A DNA stretch of 63,496 bases, filler included, from Octopus bimaculoides (GCF_001194135.2; 4 parts of 4 records of this genome joined end to end with filler, not necessarily neighbours in it), one strand, 5' to 3'. Shown: positions 25,950-36,417, counted from the first letter of the whole stretch. A program made the numbers and translations. Notes: a model not told the origin generated them from the letters alone.

Positions 25950-26158
25950 TATATATATGGGAGAATGTACGAAAAATCAGTAACAGACGAGGACAGGTGG
26001 TGTAAATAACAAAAGGATGTATTAGTATGACGCTCGGGAATACGGAAAGTCTTTGACGTTTCGAGCTACGCTCTTCAACAGAAAGAATACGGAGACAAGG
26101 AGAAAAACACGGAGAAAAAAAAGATTGAATAGTGTCCAGTCAACGGTGAATCATAATA
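25950..26158 (-). mobile_element. Short HHR-bearing element (PLE pLTR-like) inside SINE C
   Basis: Carries the HHR motif at 26050-26086; downstream GAGCGTCATACTAAT...TCCTTTTGTT resembles 29330-29505. Confidence 0.65.
26050..26086 (-). ncRNA. Minimal type I hammerhead motif with one core substitution
   Basis: TCTTT CTGTTGA A GAGC GTA GCTC GAAA C GTC AAAGA: 5-bp stem I, 4-bp stem II, palindromic ACGT stem III; the core A is replaced by T. Confidence 0.7.
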
Positions 26159-26639
26159 TATATATGTATGTGTATGTAATATGTTTGTATGTCGGTGTTT
26201 GTCCACCCCCACCATCATCGCTTGACAACCGATGCTGGGTGTGTTTACGTCCCTGTAACTTAGCGGTTCGGCAAAAGAAACCGATAGAATAAGTACTAGG
26301 CTTACAAAGAATAAGTCCTGGGGTCGATTTGCTCGACTAAAGGTGGTGCTCCAGCATGGCCGCAGTCAAATGACTGAAACAATAAAAGAAAGAAAAAGAA
26401 TAAAAAGAATACATTACATTGACAAATGTTTCGGCTTACACCTTGCAACTATAGCCGACCCCCTGGTTGAAGTTCGTTGAATGGATTTATAACAGAGATC
26501 CCTATTCCAACAAACTACATATTCTGGGGTCGCTTCTTATCCCTGTCTATCAGTACCACACCCCTTACTCTTCTATTTTTTCTGAATCTATTATAATTGA
26601 GAGAGATTGAGAAACAGACGAACAGTCAGACAACCATAC

Positions 26640-26795
26640 GAGTGGTTCCCTGTACTTGACTAGCACTTTATTGAATCCGGATGGATGAAAGGTAAAGTTG
26701 ACGACCCGGATGGAATTTGAACTCGAAGCACAGATAGACAGAACAAATACCGTATGGTATTCTGTCTGCTGATTAACGACAGTCAATTCGCCGCC
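26640..26795 (-). mobile_element. SINE family B, decayed
   Basis: GGATGAAAGGTAAAGTTGAC...GGAATTTGAACTC...AATTCGCCGCC. Confidence 0.65.
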
Positions 26796-27330
26796 AGTGT
26801 ACGGCAATTGAATTAATTTATCAGACTTCTAGTAAATTTCATTCATAGACAACCGACGCTATATCGACTGAATGTGGAGTTTTTTTCTTCAATAAAACAT
26901 AAACACCAAAAGCTTTTGTAAAATCATTTAAAATGTAAAATTAATAACAGTATGAAAAATCACCACTTGCTGGTTTAGAATCGAGAAATACTTCCTCATC
27001 AGTGACATAGATGTTTATCCTTTTCTGACGTAACACTTAATAAACATTGTAGGAGTGTGTGGTAGACAGCAATGTCAATATTGTTTGCGTTTATTAATCA
27101 TTTACTGACACTCCTGATACGGATAAATGAGTAACTCCAGAATATTCTTTTAAAACTTCTACAGCTTTCATAAATACGCGAAATATTTTAGAGCATTTCT
27201 GCTTTGTTTATCGATTTATCTTTTTATCTGTTTACCAAATAAGGTTATATTACAAGGCTAAAATAACTCCACGCTACGGAAATACATTATATTATTTGGA
27301 GAAGATAAAATAGCGTTTATTTGGATTCAT

Positions 27331-27500
27331 CGTTGTGGTATTTAGCTACATTCCTTTACGTTCCGAGTTCAAATTCCTACGCTGTCAACCTTGCTTTTCA
27401 TCCTTTCGATAAAATAAAATACTAGTCAAGCACTGGAGTCGATATGATCGATTATTCTCTTCCAGGCAAAATTTCTGACCTTGTGCCTATAGTAGAAAGA
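27331..27500 (+). mobile_element. SINE family B, 5'-truncated
   Basis: GAGTTCAAATTCC...CTTTTCATCCTTTCGATAAAAT...TTGTGCCTATAGTAGAAAG. Confidence 0.75.
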
Positions 27501-27714
27501 CAGATAAGAAAGCGCTTATTGTCAGATTTAGTAGGGCGATAGAGAAAGGCTTATGGTATTTAATGGCCTCCTTTACGTTCCGAGTTCAAATCACACGTTC
27601 GTCCATTCATTCATTTATCTGTAGTTAACTGATCAAATATGTATCGATCGCGGAAAAGATAAATGGACCCCCAGCGGCTTTCGACGATGAGTGTTTCAAT
27701 TATTCAATAAACCT

Positions 27715-27790
27715 AACGGCCGACTCATTGAATTAGCGTGTCAGTGGCTGAATATTCCTCTGACACGTGTACTCTTAATGTAATCCCTAA
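27715..27790 (-). mobile_element. SINE family A body fragment, decayed
   Basis: GTGGCTGAATATTCCTCTGACACGTGTACTCTTAATGTA matches 23250-23290. Confidence 0.5.
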
Positions 27791-28030
27791 GCTGATTCTG
27801 TAAGATACGGTGTGTATGACAAAGATCACTCGTATGGGAACAATCAGCATAGAGTCTCATGAGTGCAAACCATTTGGCCATTCCAGGGCTAATATAGTTC
27901 ATTAATGGGTCTCGTATGTGTATGTATGTGTGTGTGTGTGGGGGGGGGTGAGAGAGAGAGAAGGTGTATAATGTACATATAATATATATGTATATATGAA
28001 TCAATATATATATAAATTTCTCTTTCTCTC

Positions 28031-28087
<57 letters not shown>

Positions 28088-28144
28088 ATATGTGTACATA
28101 CATACACATACGCATATATATATATACATACATATATATATATG

Positions 28145-28209
<65 letters not shown>

Positions 28210-28322
28210 GTATGTGTGTGTGTGAGTGAGTGCGTGTGTATGTATAAATATATATATGTATATCTTTAGCGCTATCTATCTGTCTGTCTGTCTGTCTGTC
28301 TGTCTCCGTCTCTGCCTCTCTC

Positions 28323-28354
<32 letters not shown>

Positions 28355-28377
28355 CACACGCACACATAGATAGATAA

Positions 28378-28426
<49 letters not shown>

Positions 28427-28829
28427 GTATACAAATATAATTTACTGCATATATATTAGCTTAATTAACAATATTTACATCATATTCTTTCATATATTGC
28501 ACCAACGCATTTAAAATACGATACTTTTTTTTTTTCCTCACAACAAAAAGTATTGTTGTTTCTGGAAATTGTCTGAGTTATGTTACACTTCACCCACATT
28601 TTCACTTCTGGCGTCTCAATGGAGACGAGTGTATCTCTTATCTAGGTATTTATCTTTCGTTTGGTGAGTTTTTGTTGTTGTTGAATATACATGTTTATCA
28701 TTTAACCAATTTAAACCAGTTGTTCTCAACCACTTTGTTTCTTATTTTACAATACTGGAACTCCGTAGCCGTTAGTTGTATATATATAAAAAAATCGCAT
28801 GGTATTTTTATAATTAAATATAGGGGATT

Positions 28830-29226
28830 GGGATCTATTTTAAAACGGGGGCCACATTTTTCATTAATGTTTTACGTAGTGTTTTTGGTACGGAAAGACT
28901 TTCAAACTTCGTATACTTATCTATTTTGTGTTATAGAACAGAAAAATATTTTTGTATTCGAATTTATTTCATGTAAAAAATTGTCTTATTTCGATAATTT
29001 CAACCAATCACTGACAAGTATTCAGTTGTTTATATTTACTCCTTTGGCTGATTATGCGATGTAAAGCGTATTTAATCTCCATACCTTCGTTTTATTTGCT
29101 TTTTTCATTTTAAATTTGCTTTAACCCTAACCCTAACCCTAACCCTACGGTTAGGGTTAGGGTTAGGGTTAATTGTTTCAGAATCGTTTGTTTATGTAGT
29201 CGGCACTTAATGTATATCGGCTGAAT
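28830..29226. mobile_element. Left half of the telomere-repeat-centred foldback/MITE
   Basis: Starts GGGATCTATTTTAAAACGGGGGCCAC; 29095-29226 matches 20000-20118; centre 29122-29171. Confidence 0.75.
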
Positions 29227-29329
29227 NNNNNNNNNNNNNNNNNNNNNNNNNNNNNNNNNNNNNNNNNNNNTTAATTAATTAANNNNNNNNNNNNNNNNNN
29301 NNNNNNNNNNNNNNNNNNNNNNNNNNATA

Positions 29330-29505
29330 TAGTCAAATCGAATATTAAAAGTAACAAATAACAAAACAACAAAAGGACGTACACATGGAACGAATTAGCT
29401 TGATGCTCAGTAAAGGTGGAAAAAAGAGTAGATTTTTAACGTTTCGAGCATAGCTCTTCGTCAGAAAGGGAAGAAAGGAAAGGTCTGAGAAGGGAAAAAA
29501 GTCCA
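29330..29505 (-). mobile_element. Short HHR-bearing element, same family as 25950-26158
   Basis: HHR at 29434-29468 with a pyrimidine-rich leader; abuts the (GT)n of a SINE C tail. Confidence 0.6.
29434..29468 (-). ncRNA. Minimal type I hammerhead motif, intact core
   Basis: CTTT CTGACGA A GAGC TAT GCTC GAAA C GTT AAAA; palindromic AACGTT stem III; weak 3-bp stem I. Confidence 0.75.
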
Positions 29506-29690
29506 GTGTGTGTGTGTGTGTGGTTGTGTCTGTGTTCGTCCCTACCACTGCTTGACAACTGTGTGTGGTTGTGTCTTTACGTCCCCGCAACATAGCGGCT
29601 CGGCAAAAGAGATCGATAGAATAATAACCAGGCTTAGAAAAAAAGTACTGAGGTCGATACTTTCGATTAAAAAAAAAACTTCTTTAAAGC
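29506..29690 (+). mobile_element. SINE family C 3' part
   Basis: GCTTGACAAC...TACGTCCCCGCAACATAGCGGCTCGGCAAAAGAGATCGATAGAATA. Confidence 0.75.
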
Positions 29691-30449
29691 AGTAGAAGGA
29701 AAACAGTTGAGGCGCAGCGGATGGATTGCTTTACTGTATTCTTTCTCTTCTCTCAGCTCTAAATTCAAACCAAATTGTGTATCTCTGAAGAAATAAATTA
29801 AGTACTAGTAATATATTGGATAAGTTGAGACGATATAAATGCCTGTATCCTCTCCCTAGTGAAAGACAGAACTTAATGGAAAGAACACGACTCTATCATT
29901 GACTATTTCTCCACAATTTGCAGTTTTTATCCAAAGATAAAAGGCTTATAAAATGACTGTTACTTCACTATCTCTTGATATTGCTCTTTATTTTTATACC
30001 CCGTGTCTGAACATTGTAATAATGACTACAATTTTAATTAGATTTCCGACAAACCTATTTTTAAAATATTGGAAAATAACAACTGTAAAAAACGTTACTT
30101 TCTATGCAAAACTTTAAAACTATTGTTAATTTTTTTAATGAGAATAATTTTTTTCCTTTTCTTTCAATTCAAATATTGATTAAAGCAGAATAATCCTTTT
30201 CTTAATTTATGCAAATGTGGAAACTTTAGTATTTAAAAGAAAATAATATAACGCTTGTCTCGAAATAGCGAGATTAAAATCATTCTAACAACGAATGTTT
30301 CAATGAAAAAAATTAATTTTTTTTTTTACAGTGACCTCATAATTGTTCAATATTAAAGTGGAGAGCACTGCAGAGCAAGGGACAAGCTCTTGGCAAATCG
30401 TACCAATTCTTGAAAGGAAGCCGTTTCATTTCACCTACACCAATAATGG

Positions 30450-30710
30450 CTTCTAATTTAAGCACAACGCCAACAATTTATTGGGAAAGGGGTTAGTCGA
30501 TGACATCGACGCCAGAGCTTGATTGGTAGTTTACTTGGAAGAAAGGCATAATTGATCATGATGGAATTTCTGAGTTCAAATTTTGTCGAAGCCAAACTTG
30601 CCTTTTGTCCTTTCATAATCGATAAAATAAAGTACTAGTCAAGTACTGGCGTTGATGATATCAACTAAGCCCTCTCGCCAAATTTGTTAGTATTGTGTCA
30701 AAATTAGAAA
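30450..30710. mobile_element. Two decayed SINE B fragments, back to back
   Basis: Minus fragment ~30450-30535; plus fragment ~30565-30710 with GAGTTCAAATTTTGTCGAAGCCAAACTTGCCTTTTGTCCTTTC. Confidence 0.55.
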
Positions 30711-30944
30711 CCTTTACAATGCTTATAATGAAACAGAAAAAAGATCTCAATATCGCATCACACTATATCCTCCACATGAACTATAATTATTTTGTGCAAT
30801 GTCAAGACAAACCAGTATTAATGGTGTGTGACATGGAAATATATCAGAAATGCTAGACTAAATGACTTACATTTGTTAATCCCTACCATTCTAATTTCAA
30901 ATTTAACAGGTGTATATTTCTCCTCTGTGGTTTGTAATATTTTT

Positions 30945-31845
30945 TCAAATTTTTGGCAAAAGCCAAGAAATCTTATGGGTGGTGGGAGTAAGTCGATTGC
31001 ATCGATCTCTAGTGCTCAACTGGTCCTTATTTTACCGATTCCAAAAGTATTAAAGGTAGAGTCAACTTCGTCGGCATTTGAACTCGGAAAGTAAAGAGCC
31101 GGGGGATGTCGCAGAATCGTTAGCACGCCAGGCAAAATGCTTAGCAGCATTTCGTCCGTTCTGACGTTCTGAGTTTAAATTCTGCCGAGGTCGACTTTCG
31201 GGGTCGATGAAATAAGTACCACTTACCACTAGCGTAGCTAGAGTGTGTGCCGCCACGGGTGGTCCTTCCGTTTGCCGCCCCCAGACCCTACAAAAAACAT
31301 ATTGCCTACAGCAGACCCAAAAGTGGTGCCCCTTTAAATGTGCCGGCCCCACGAGCTATGCTAGTGATAGTTACCAACTGGTGTCAATGTAATCGACTGG
31401 ACCCCTCTCACAAAGTTTCAGCCCTTGTGCCTATAGTAGAAAAGATTATTATTAAGATGGTGAGCTGGCAGAATCGTTAGCATGCCGGACAGAATGTTTA
31501 GCGGCATTTCGTCCGCTTTTACATTCTGAGTTCAAATTCCGCCGAGGTTTACCTTGCTTTTCATCTCTTCCGGGGTCGATAAAATAAGTATCATTGAGAT
31601 CGATATAATCGACAATCCTTCTCCCCCAATATTTCAGGCCTCGTGTCTATTGTTGAAAAGATTATTATTAAGTCGGCGAGTTGGCATTTCTTCCGGCTTT
31701 ACATTTTGTGTTCAAATTCCGCCGAAGTTCACTTGCCGTTCATCCTTTCGAGTTCGACAGAATAAACACCAGTTGAGCACCGGGATCGCTGTAGTCGACT
31801 TACCCCCTCCCGCAAAATTTGTCGTGTGCCGATAATAAAAAGGAT
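30945..31845. mobile_element. Cluster of four SINE B copies (one minus, three tandem plus)
   Basis: Minus 30945-31098; plus 31100-31455, 31457-31670, 31672-31845; each has the GTCGA...AATAAGTACC core. Confidence 0.8.
31227..31366. mobile_element. 140-bp hAT-like MITE inserted in a SINE B copy
   Basis: 13-bp TIRs CACTAGCGTAGCT / AGCTATGCTAGTG (1 mismatch); flanks CCACTTAC and ATAGTTAC are consistent with a decayed 8-bp TSD. Confidence 0.7.
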
Positions 31846-32743
31846 CACCTNNNNNNNNNNNNNNNNNNNNNNNNNNNNNNNNNNNNNNNNNNNNNNNNNN
31901 NNNNNNNNNNNNNNNNNNNNNNNNNNNNNNNNNNNNNNNNNNNNNNNNNNNNNNNNNNNNNNNNNNNNNNNNNNNNNNNNNNNNNNNNNNNNNNNNNNNN
32001 NNNNNNNNNNNNNNNNNNNNNNNNNNNNNNNNNNNNNNNNNNNNNNNNNNNNNNNNNNNNNNNNNNNNNNNNNNNNNNNNNNNNNNNNNNNNNNNNNNNN
32101 NNNNNNNNNNNNNNNNNNNNNNNNNNNNNNNNNNNNNNNNNNNNNNNNNNNNNNNNNNNNNNNNNNNNNNNNNNNNNNNNNNNNNNNNNNNNNNNNNNNN
32201 NNNNNNNNNNNNNNNNNNNNNNNNNNNNNNNNNNNNNNNNNNNNNNNNNNNNNNNNNNNNNNNNNNNNNNNNNNNNNNNNNNNNNNNNNNNNNNNNNNNN
32301 NNNNNNNNNNNNNNNNNNNNNNNNNNNNNNNNNNNNNNNNNNNNNNNNNNNNNNNNNNNNNNNNNNNNNNNNNNNNNNNNNNNNNNNNNNNNNNNNNNNN
32401 NNNNNNNNNNNNNNNNNNNNNNNNNNNNNNNNNNNNNNNNNNNNNNNNNNNNNNNNNNNNNNNNNNNNNNNNNNNNNNNNNNNNNNNNNNNNNNNNNNNN
32501 NNNNNNNNNNNNNNNNNNNNNNNNNNNNNNNNNNNNNNNNNNNNNNNNNNNNNNNNNNNNNNNNNNNNNNNNNNNNNNNNNNNNNNNNNNNNNNNNNNNN
32601 NNNNNNNNNNNNNNNNNNNNNNNNNNNNNNNNNNNNNNNNNNNNNNNNNNNNNNNNNNNNNNNNNNNNNNNNNNNNNNNNNNNNNNNNNNNNNNNNNNNN
32701 NNNNNNNNNNNNNNNNNNNNNNNNNNNNNNNNNNNNNNNNNNN

Positions 32744-32789
<46 letters not shown>

Positions 32790-33004
32790 CCATATCTTTT
32801 AAAGTGTATAGGTGTATATTCAAATTTGTACATTAAATAAGTTTGAGTTTGCATTTATATTGGTCTGTGTGTCTATGTTCATGTATATCTATTATCTAAA
32901 CATATCAAAGTGTGTGTGTGTGTATGTGCGCGCGCGTGTGTGTGTGTATTGCGCGTGTGTGTATTGCGCGTGTGTGTATTGCGCGTGTGTGTATTGCGCG
33001 TGTG

Positions 33005-33180
33005 TGTGTGTTTATCCCTCATTACCACTTATCGGTTTGTTTACGTCCCCCGTACCTTATCGGTTTCGCATGCTTAAAGAATAAGTACTGTGATCAATTC
33101 GTTCGACTAAAACCCTTCAGGGCGGTGCCCCTACATGGCTACACTCCAGTGACTGAAACAAGTAAAAGAGGAAAGTCGTA
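33005..33180 (+). mobile_element. SINE family C 3' part
   Basis: TTTACGTCCCC...AAGAATAAGTACTG...GGCGGTGCCCC...GACTGAAACAAGTAAAAGAG. Confidence 0.75.
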
Positions 33181-33339
33181 AACATTGCTTATCAAATATA
33201 CTATGACATGACAAATTTGTTTAATTAATCGTGATAATCATGTACAAAAAGTGCTTTTTCCCCCACAACCATCGGAGCACGAAGCGCTCCTTACGAACGC
33301 GCGTTCATAAAATGGTTGTGATTTATAAATAGTTGTGAG

Positions 33340-33650
33340 TCGGAACCGGAAAGAGAAGTGTGAACGCGCAGTGCGCACCTGCACACTGAATTCGTAAAAT
33401 GGAAGAAAAGAATAAAAATGCAATGCGCATGTTAAAATTAAACGGAAGAGAAGAATGAAACAAGTTATATTATGATCTGCATGCCACATGTTCTGCAATT
33501 TTCTTGTTTAATTTTCTTGTTTATTGTTTTAGTTTAGACGCTTACATTCCCTACGTCACTTCCGCTGTGTGGAAGTCTGATTGGCTCTTCTTCATCACAA
33601 TCGCGCTCAACAAATTTATATTTAATTTTTTCTCGTTCTACGTCACATCA
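33340..33650. promoter_or_regulatory. Candidate Pol II promoter motif cluster
   Basis: Overlapping ETS/CRE TACGTCACTTCCG (33552-33564), reverse CCAAT (33579-33584), NRF1-like GCGCAGTGCGCA (33366-33377) and TGCGCATG (33424-33431), second TACGTCA (33639-33645). Confidence 0.4.
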
Positions 33651-34198
33651 CTTGTCANNNNNNNNNNNNNNNNNNNNNNNNNNNNNNNNNNNNNNNNNNN
33701 NNNNNNNNNNNNNNNNNNNNNNNNNNNNNNNNNNNNNNNNNNNNNNNNNNNNNNNNNNNNNNNNNNNNNNNNNNNNNNNNNNNNNNNNNNNNNNNNNNNN
33801 NNNNNNNNNNNNNNNNNNNNNNNNNNNNNNNNNNNNNNNNNNNNNNNNNNNNNNNNNNNNNNNNNNNNNNNNNNNNNNNNNNNNNNNNNNNNNNNNNNNN
33901 NNNNNNNNNNNNNNNNNNNNNNNNNNNNNNNNNNNNNNNNNNNNNNNNNNNNNNNNNNNNNNNNNNNNNNNNNNNNNNNNNNNNNNNNNNNNNNNNNNNN
34001 NNNNNNNNNNNNNNNNNNNNNNNNNNNNNNNNNNNNNNNNNNNNNNNNNNNNNNNNNNNNNNNNNNNNNNNNNNNNNNNNNNNNNNNNNNNNNNNNNNNN
34101 NNNNNNNNNNNNNNNNNNNNNNNNNNNNNNNNNNNNNNNNNNNNNNNNNNNNNNNNNNNNNNNNNNNNNNNNNNNNNNNNNNNNNNNNNNNNNNNNNN

Positions 34199-34330
34199 TG
34201 GAAAATACGAAAACTAAAAGAAGCAGAACATATGCTAGGACACAACAAACTCCAAAGCAGACAGAGTGCAAATATGAACAGCATATGGGAACCAGTATTA
34301 AGGAAGGATAGGAAAATATTAGATTTATAA
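34199..34330 (+). CDS. C-terminal 43 aa of a PLE GIY-YIG endonuclease
   Basis: WKIRKLKEAEHMLGHNKLQSRQSANMNSIWEPVLRKDRKILDL*, compared with WKIRKLKEAAHMLGHNNLLSRPSADMNSIWE... in the second copy. Confidence 0.85.
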   Translation, partial: WKIRKLKEAEHMLGHNKLQSRQSANMNSIWEPVLRKDRKILDL

Positions 34331-34361
34331 GCCCTAAAAAATTCACTCCATAATTGCCCAC

Positions 34362-34437
34362 GGGCATATAGCGTAGTGGTTAAGAGCGCGGGCTACTAAC
34401 TACAAGATTCCGAGTTCGATTACCAGGCAGTAACCTG
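34362..34437 (+). ncRNA. tRNA-like Pol III promoter cassette (not a functional tRNA)
   Basis: A box TAGCGTAGTGG (34369-34379), B box GAGTTCGATT (34412-34421); acceptor stem not closed; followed by (AAT)n. Confidence 0.6.
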
Positions 34438-34510
34438 AATAATAATAATAATAATAATAACATCGAAAAAATACCTTAGGAATGAGAACCCGGGTTCGAA
34501 ATTTCGTCAA

Positions 34511-34556
34511 GACACCTGATGAAGGCTGGAGAGTATATCAGCCGAAACGTTGTGTT
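34511..34556 (+). ncRNA. Minimal type I hammerhead motif, intact core
   Basis: GACAC CTGATGA A GGCTG GAGAGTATAT CAGCC GAAA C GTT GTGTT: stem I GACAC/GTGTT, stem II GGCTG/CAGCC, palindromic AACGTT stem III. Confidence 0.85.
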
Positions 34557-34693
34557 AACAACAAACAAGATGAGGACAAATATCCATCAAATGTAAATAA
34601 TGAAAATAATGTACATAATTCCTCATCTCTTAAATATAGAATTGTACTATCATTACGTTCAAGAATGAGTAAATTACCAATTTAAATGAACTG

Positions 34694-34966
34694 TATTATA
34701 TAATTGCTATTACTGTATTGATAAATATAATAACACATACAACTCATTTATTACTATCATATAATAAACAAACAGAAATTCATGTATGTAATTGATCTTT
34801 TTGCTACTTCAATTATTAAATGTCGTTTCTCTTATAACAGAATTATATAATTGCCATAAATAACACAAACAACTCAGTTATTATTGTCATATAACAAACA
34901 AACACAAGTTGATGTATGAAATCGATCTTTCTTCAACTTCAATTATTACATATTTTTCTCTTATAA
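34694..34966. repeat. Diverged ~130-145-bp tandem duplication
   Basis: 34694-34837 and 34841-34966 share ATTATATAATTGC, ATAACAC..ACAACTCA, GATCTTT, ACTTCAATTATTA, TTCTCTTATAA in order. Confidence 0.8.
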
Positions 34967-36189
34967 AAATGCACACATACAAGACGAGTAAATTATATAT
35001 ATAATAATACGTTGAATGTGGCTCCCGATCAGCGACGGGTATTACTGCTAGTATTGCATAATTCTCTAAACTTCCAACCGTGTAACAGTTTTCAAGCTAA
35101 CCATGCAATTTCCATGGGTACTTTTAGCAAATAATTATTGCTGTAGCTGTTCCTCTTCTGTCACAAATGTTACCTTGGCAGAAGATGAATATAACCAATT
35201 ATTTTTGTTAGTGTTGTAGTTATTACTGTTTATCTGGTTGCTGTTATTATTGCCCCTGTTTTTGTTTGCAACATGTTGCTGTTGTGTTGTTGATATTGTC
35301 GCTATGATTGATATTGTTGCTATTGTTGATATTGTTGTAGTTTAATTCCATGTCAGCCCTGATCGAATGGGCTAACGTGATCAAAGGTGTTCCAGCTGTT
35401 ACCAGCTGTCTTTGCACACACCAGGAACCACTTTGTCCAATGCTTACTCCATTATTTAAAACTGAAAAATGTGCTTTGAGGGAGTTAGTTTTTTAGCTGA
35501 AAGGCCCCCTCCTTCTTCTCCTCTGCCTCGTCCTTGTTGTTATTGATGATGTTCTGCCATTGTTAATCGCATGTTAGTTGTTACTGCTGTGGTACATTGT
35601 TTGGCGTGACAGTTGTTGTTGATGCTCTTTGAAGCGATAACGAACGCTATCGAATGTATACACTGAAAAGGCCAGCCGGTCTTTTATGTCATTTTAAAAA
35701 CAAACCTTAACCACTAACAAATTTCTAATTCAAAACCAAGCGATCTAAATAAATTGTCTGCTCTTTCAATTGCCTTGAATCTGTGACTTGAACAGATACA
35801 TTACCTTTCGATAGAAATAAAAAGACAACGGGCCGAAGCAAACTTCACAATGGCTGAACAAAATCACATTTGAAGGGACCGGACCGGAATATTTCAACTG
35901 AAACAAGCAAAAGTGATATTAAAGCCCTTCTTCATTCTTCATTATCACCCATCAAAGTTGTAGGTGATAATTATTAGAAAAAGAACATGGATTTTTGAAA
36001 TAAACATATGTACGCGAATGGTATATCGCATGCTCATTTGCAGAAAAAGGAACGACATATATTTGCACATTAGAAACAAACTAATACATGCATTTATTTC
36101 CTTTTCCACACAGACACCTATATAAATGCACATAGCCCATTCACGCTATTGTAAATTTTGGAATTGTTTTAATTGAAATAATAATGGTT

Positions 36190-36417
36190 TCAAATTTTGG
36201 CATAAGGTCAGTAATTTCGGGGGATTGGTTAAGTTGATTATATCAACCCCATTGTTCGGCTGGTACTTATTTTATCGATCACCAAAAGGATGAAAAGCAA
36301 AGTCGACCTCGGTAGAATTTGAACTTCGAACGTAAAGACGGACGAAAAGCCGAGCATAAGGTCATGAGTTCAAATCCCGGCGGCGCGTTGTGTCCTTGAG
36401 CAAGACACTTTATCTCA
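36190..36417. mobile_element. SINE B fragment (minus, to ~36350) joined to a plus-strand fragment of another tRNA SINE
   Basis: CTGGTACTTATTTTATCGA...AAAGTCGACCTCGG, then GAGTTCAAATCCCGG...GTTGTGTCCTTGAGCAAGACACTT (V-domain-like). Confidence 0.65.

Larger units (their letters stand above)
25772..26410 (+). mobile_element. SINE family C (tRNA-like head, internal microsatellite, tail ending GACTGAAACAA), interrupted
   Basis: Head 25772-25943 matches 63299-63450; tail 26195-26410 matches 29506-29690 and 33005-33180; ~200-bp insert between them. Confidence 0.8.
34199..34647 (+). mobile_element. Penelope-like element 3' end (ORF end plus pLTR), truncated by a gap
   Basis: ORF end homologous to the GIY-YIG ORF at 36544-36903; followed by a tRNA-like cassette, an HHR and the same tail as that copy. 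Confidence 0.85.

Noticed and set aside
26455-26535. hAT-like terminal remnants (GACCCCCTGGTTG; also CAGTTGTTCTCAACC near 28717)
   Set aside because: No matching opposite terminus or TSD found
34362-34437. Functional tRNA gene
   Set aside because: Acceptor and T stems do not close, no poly-T terminator, runs into (AAT)n; treated as a tRNA-derived cassette. The same applies to the SINE heads
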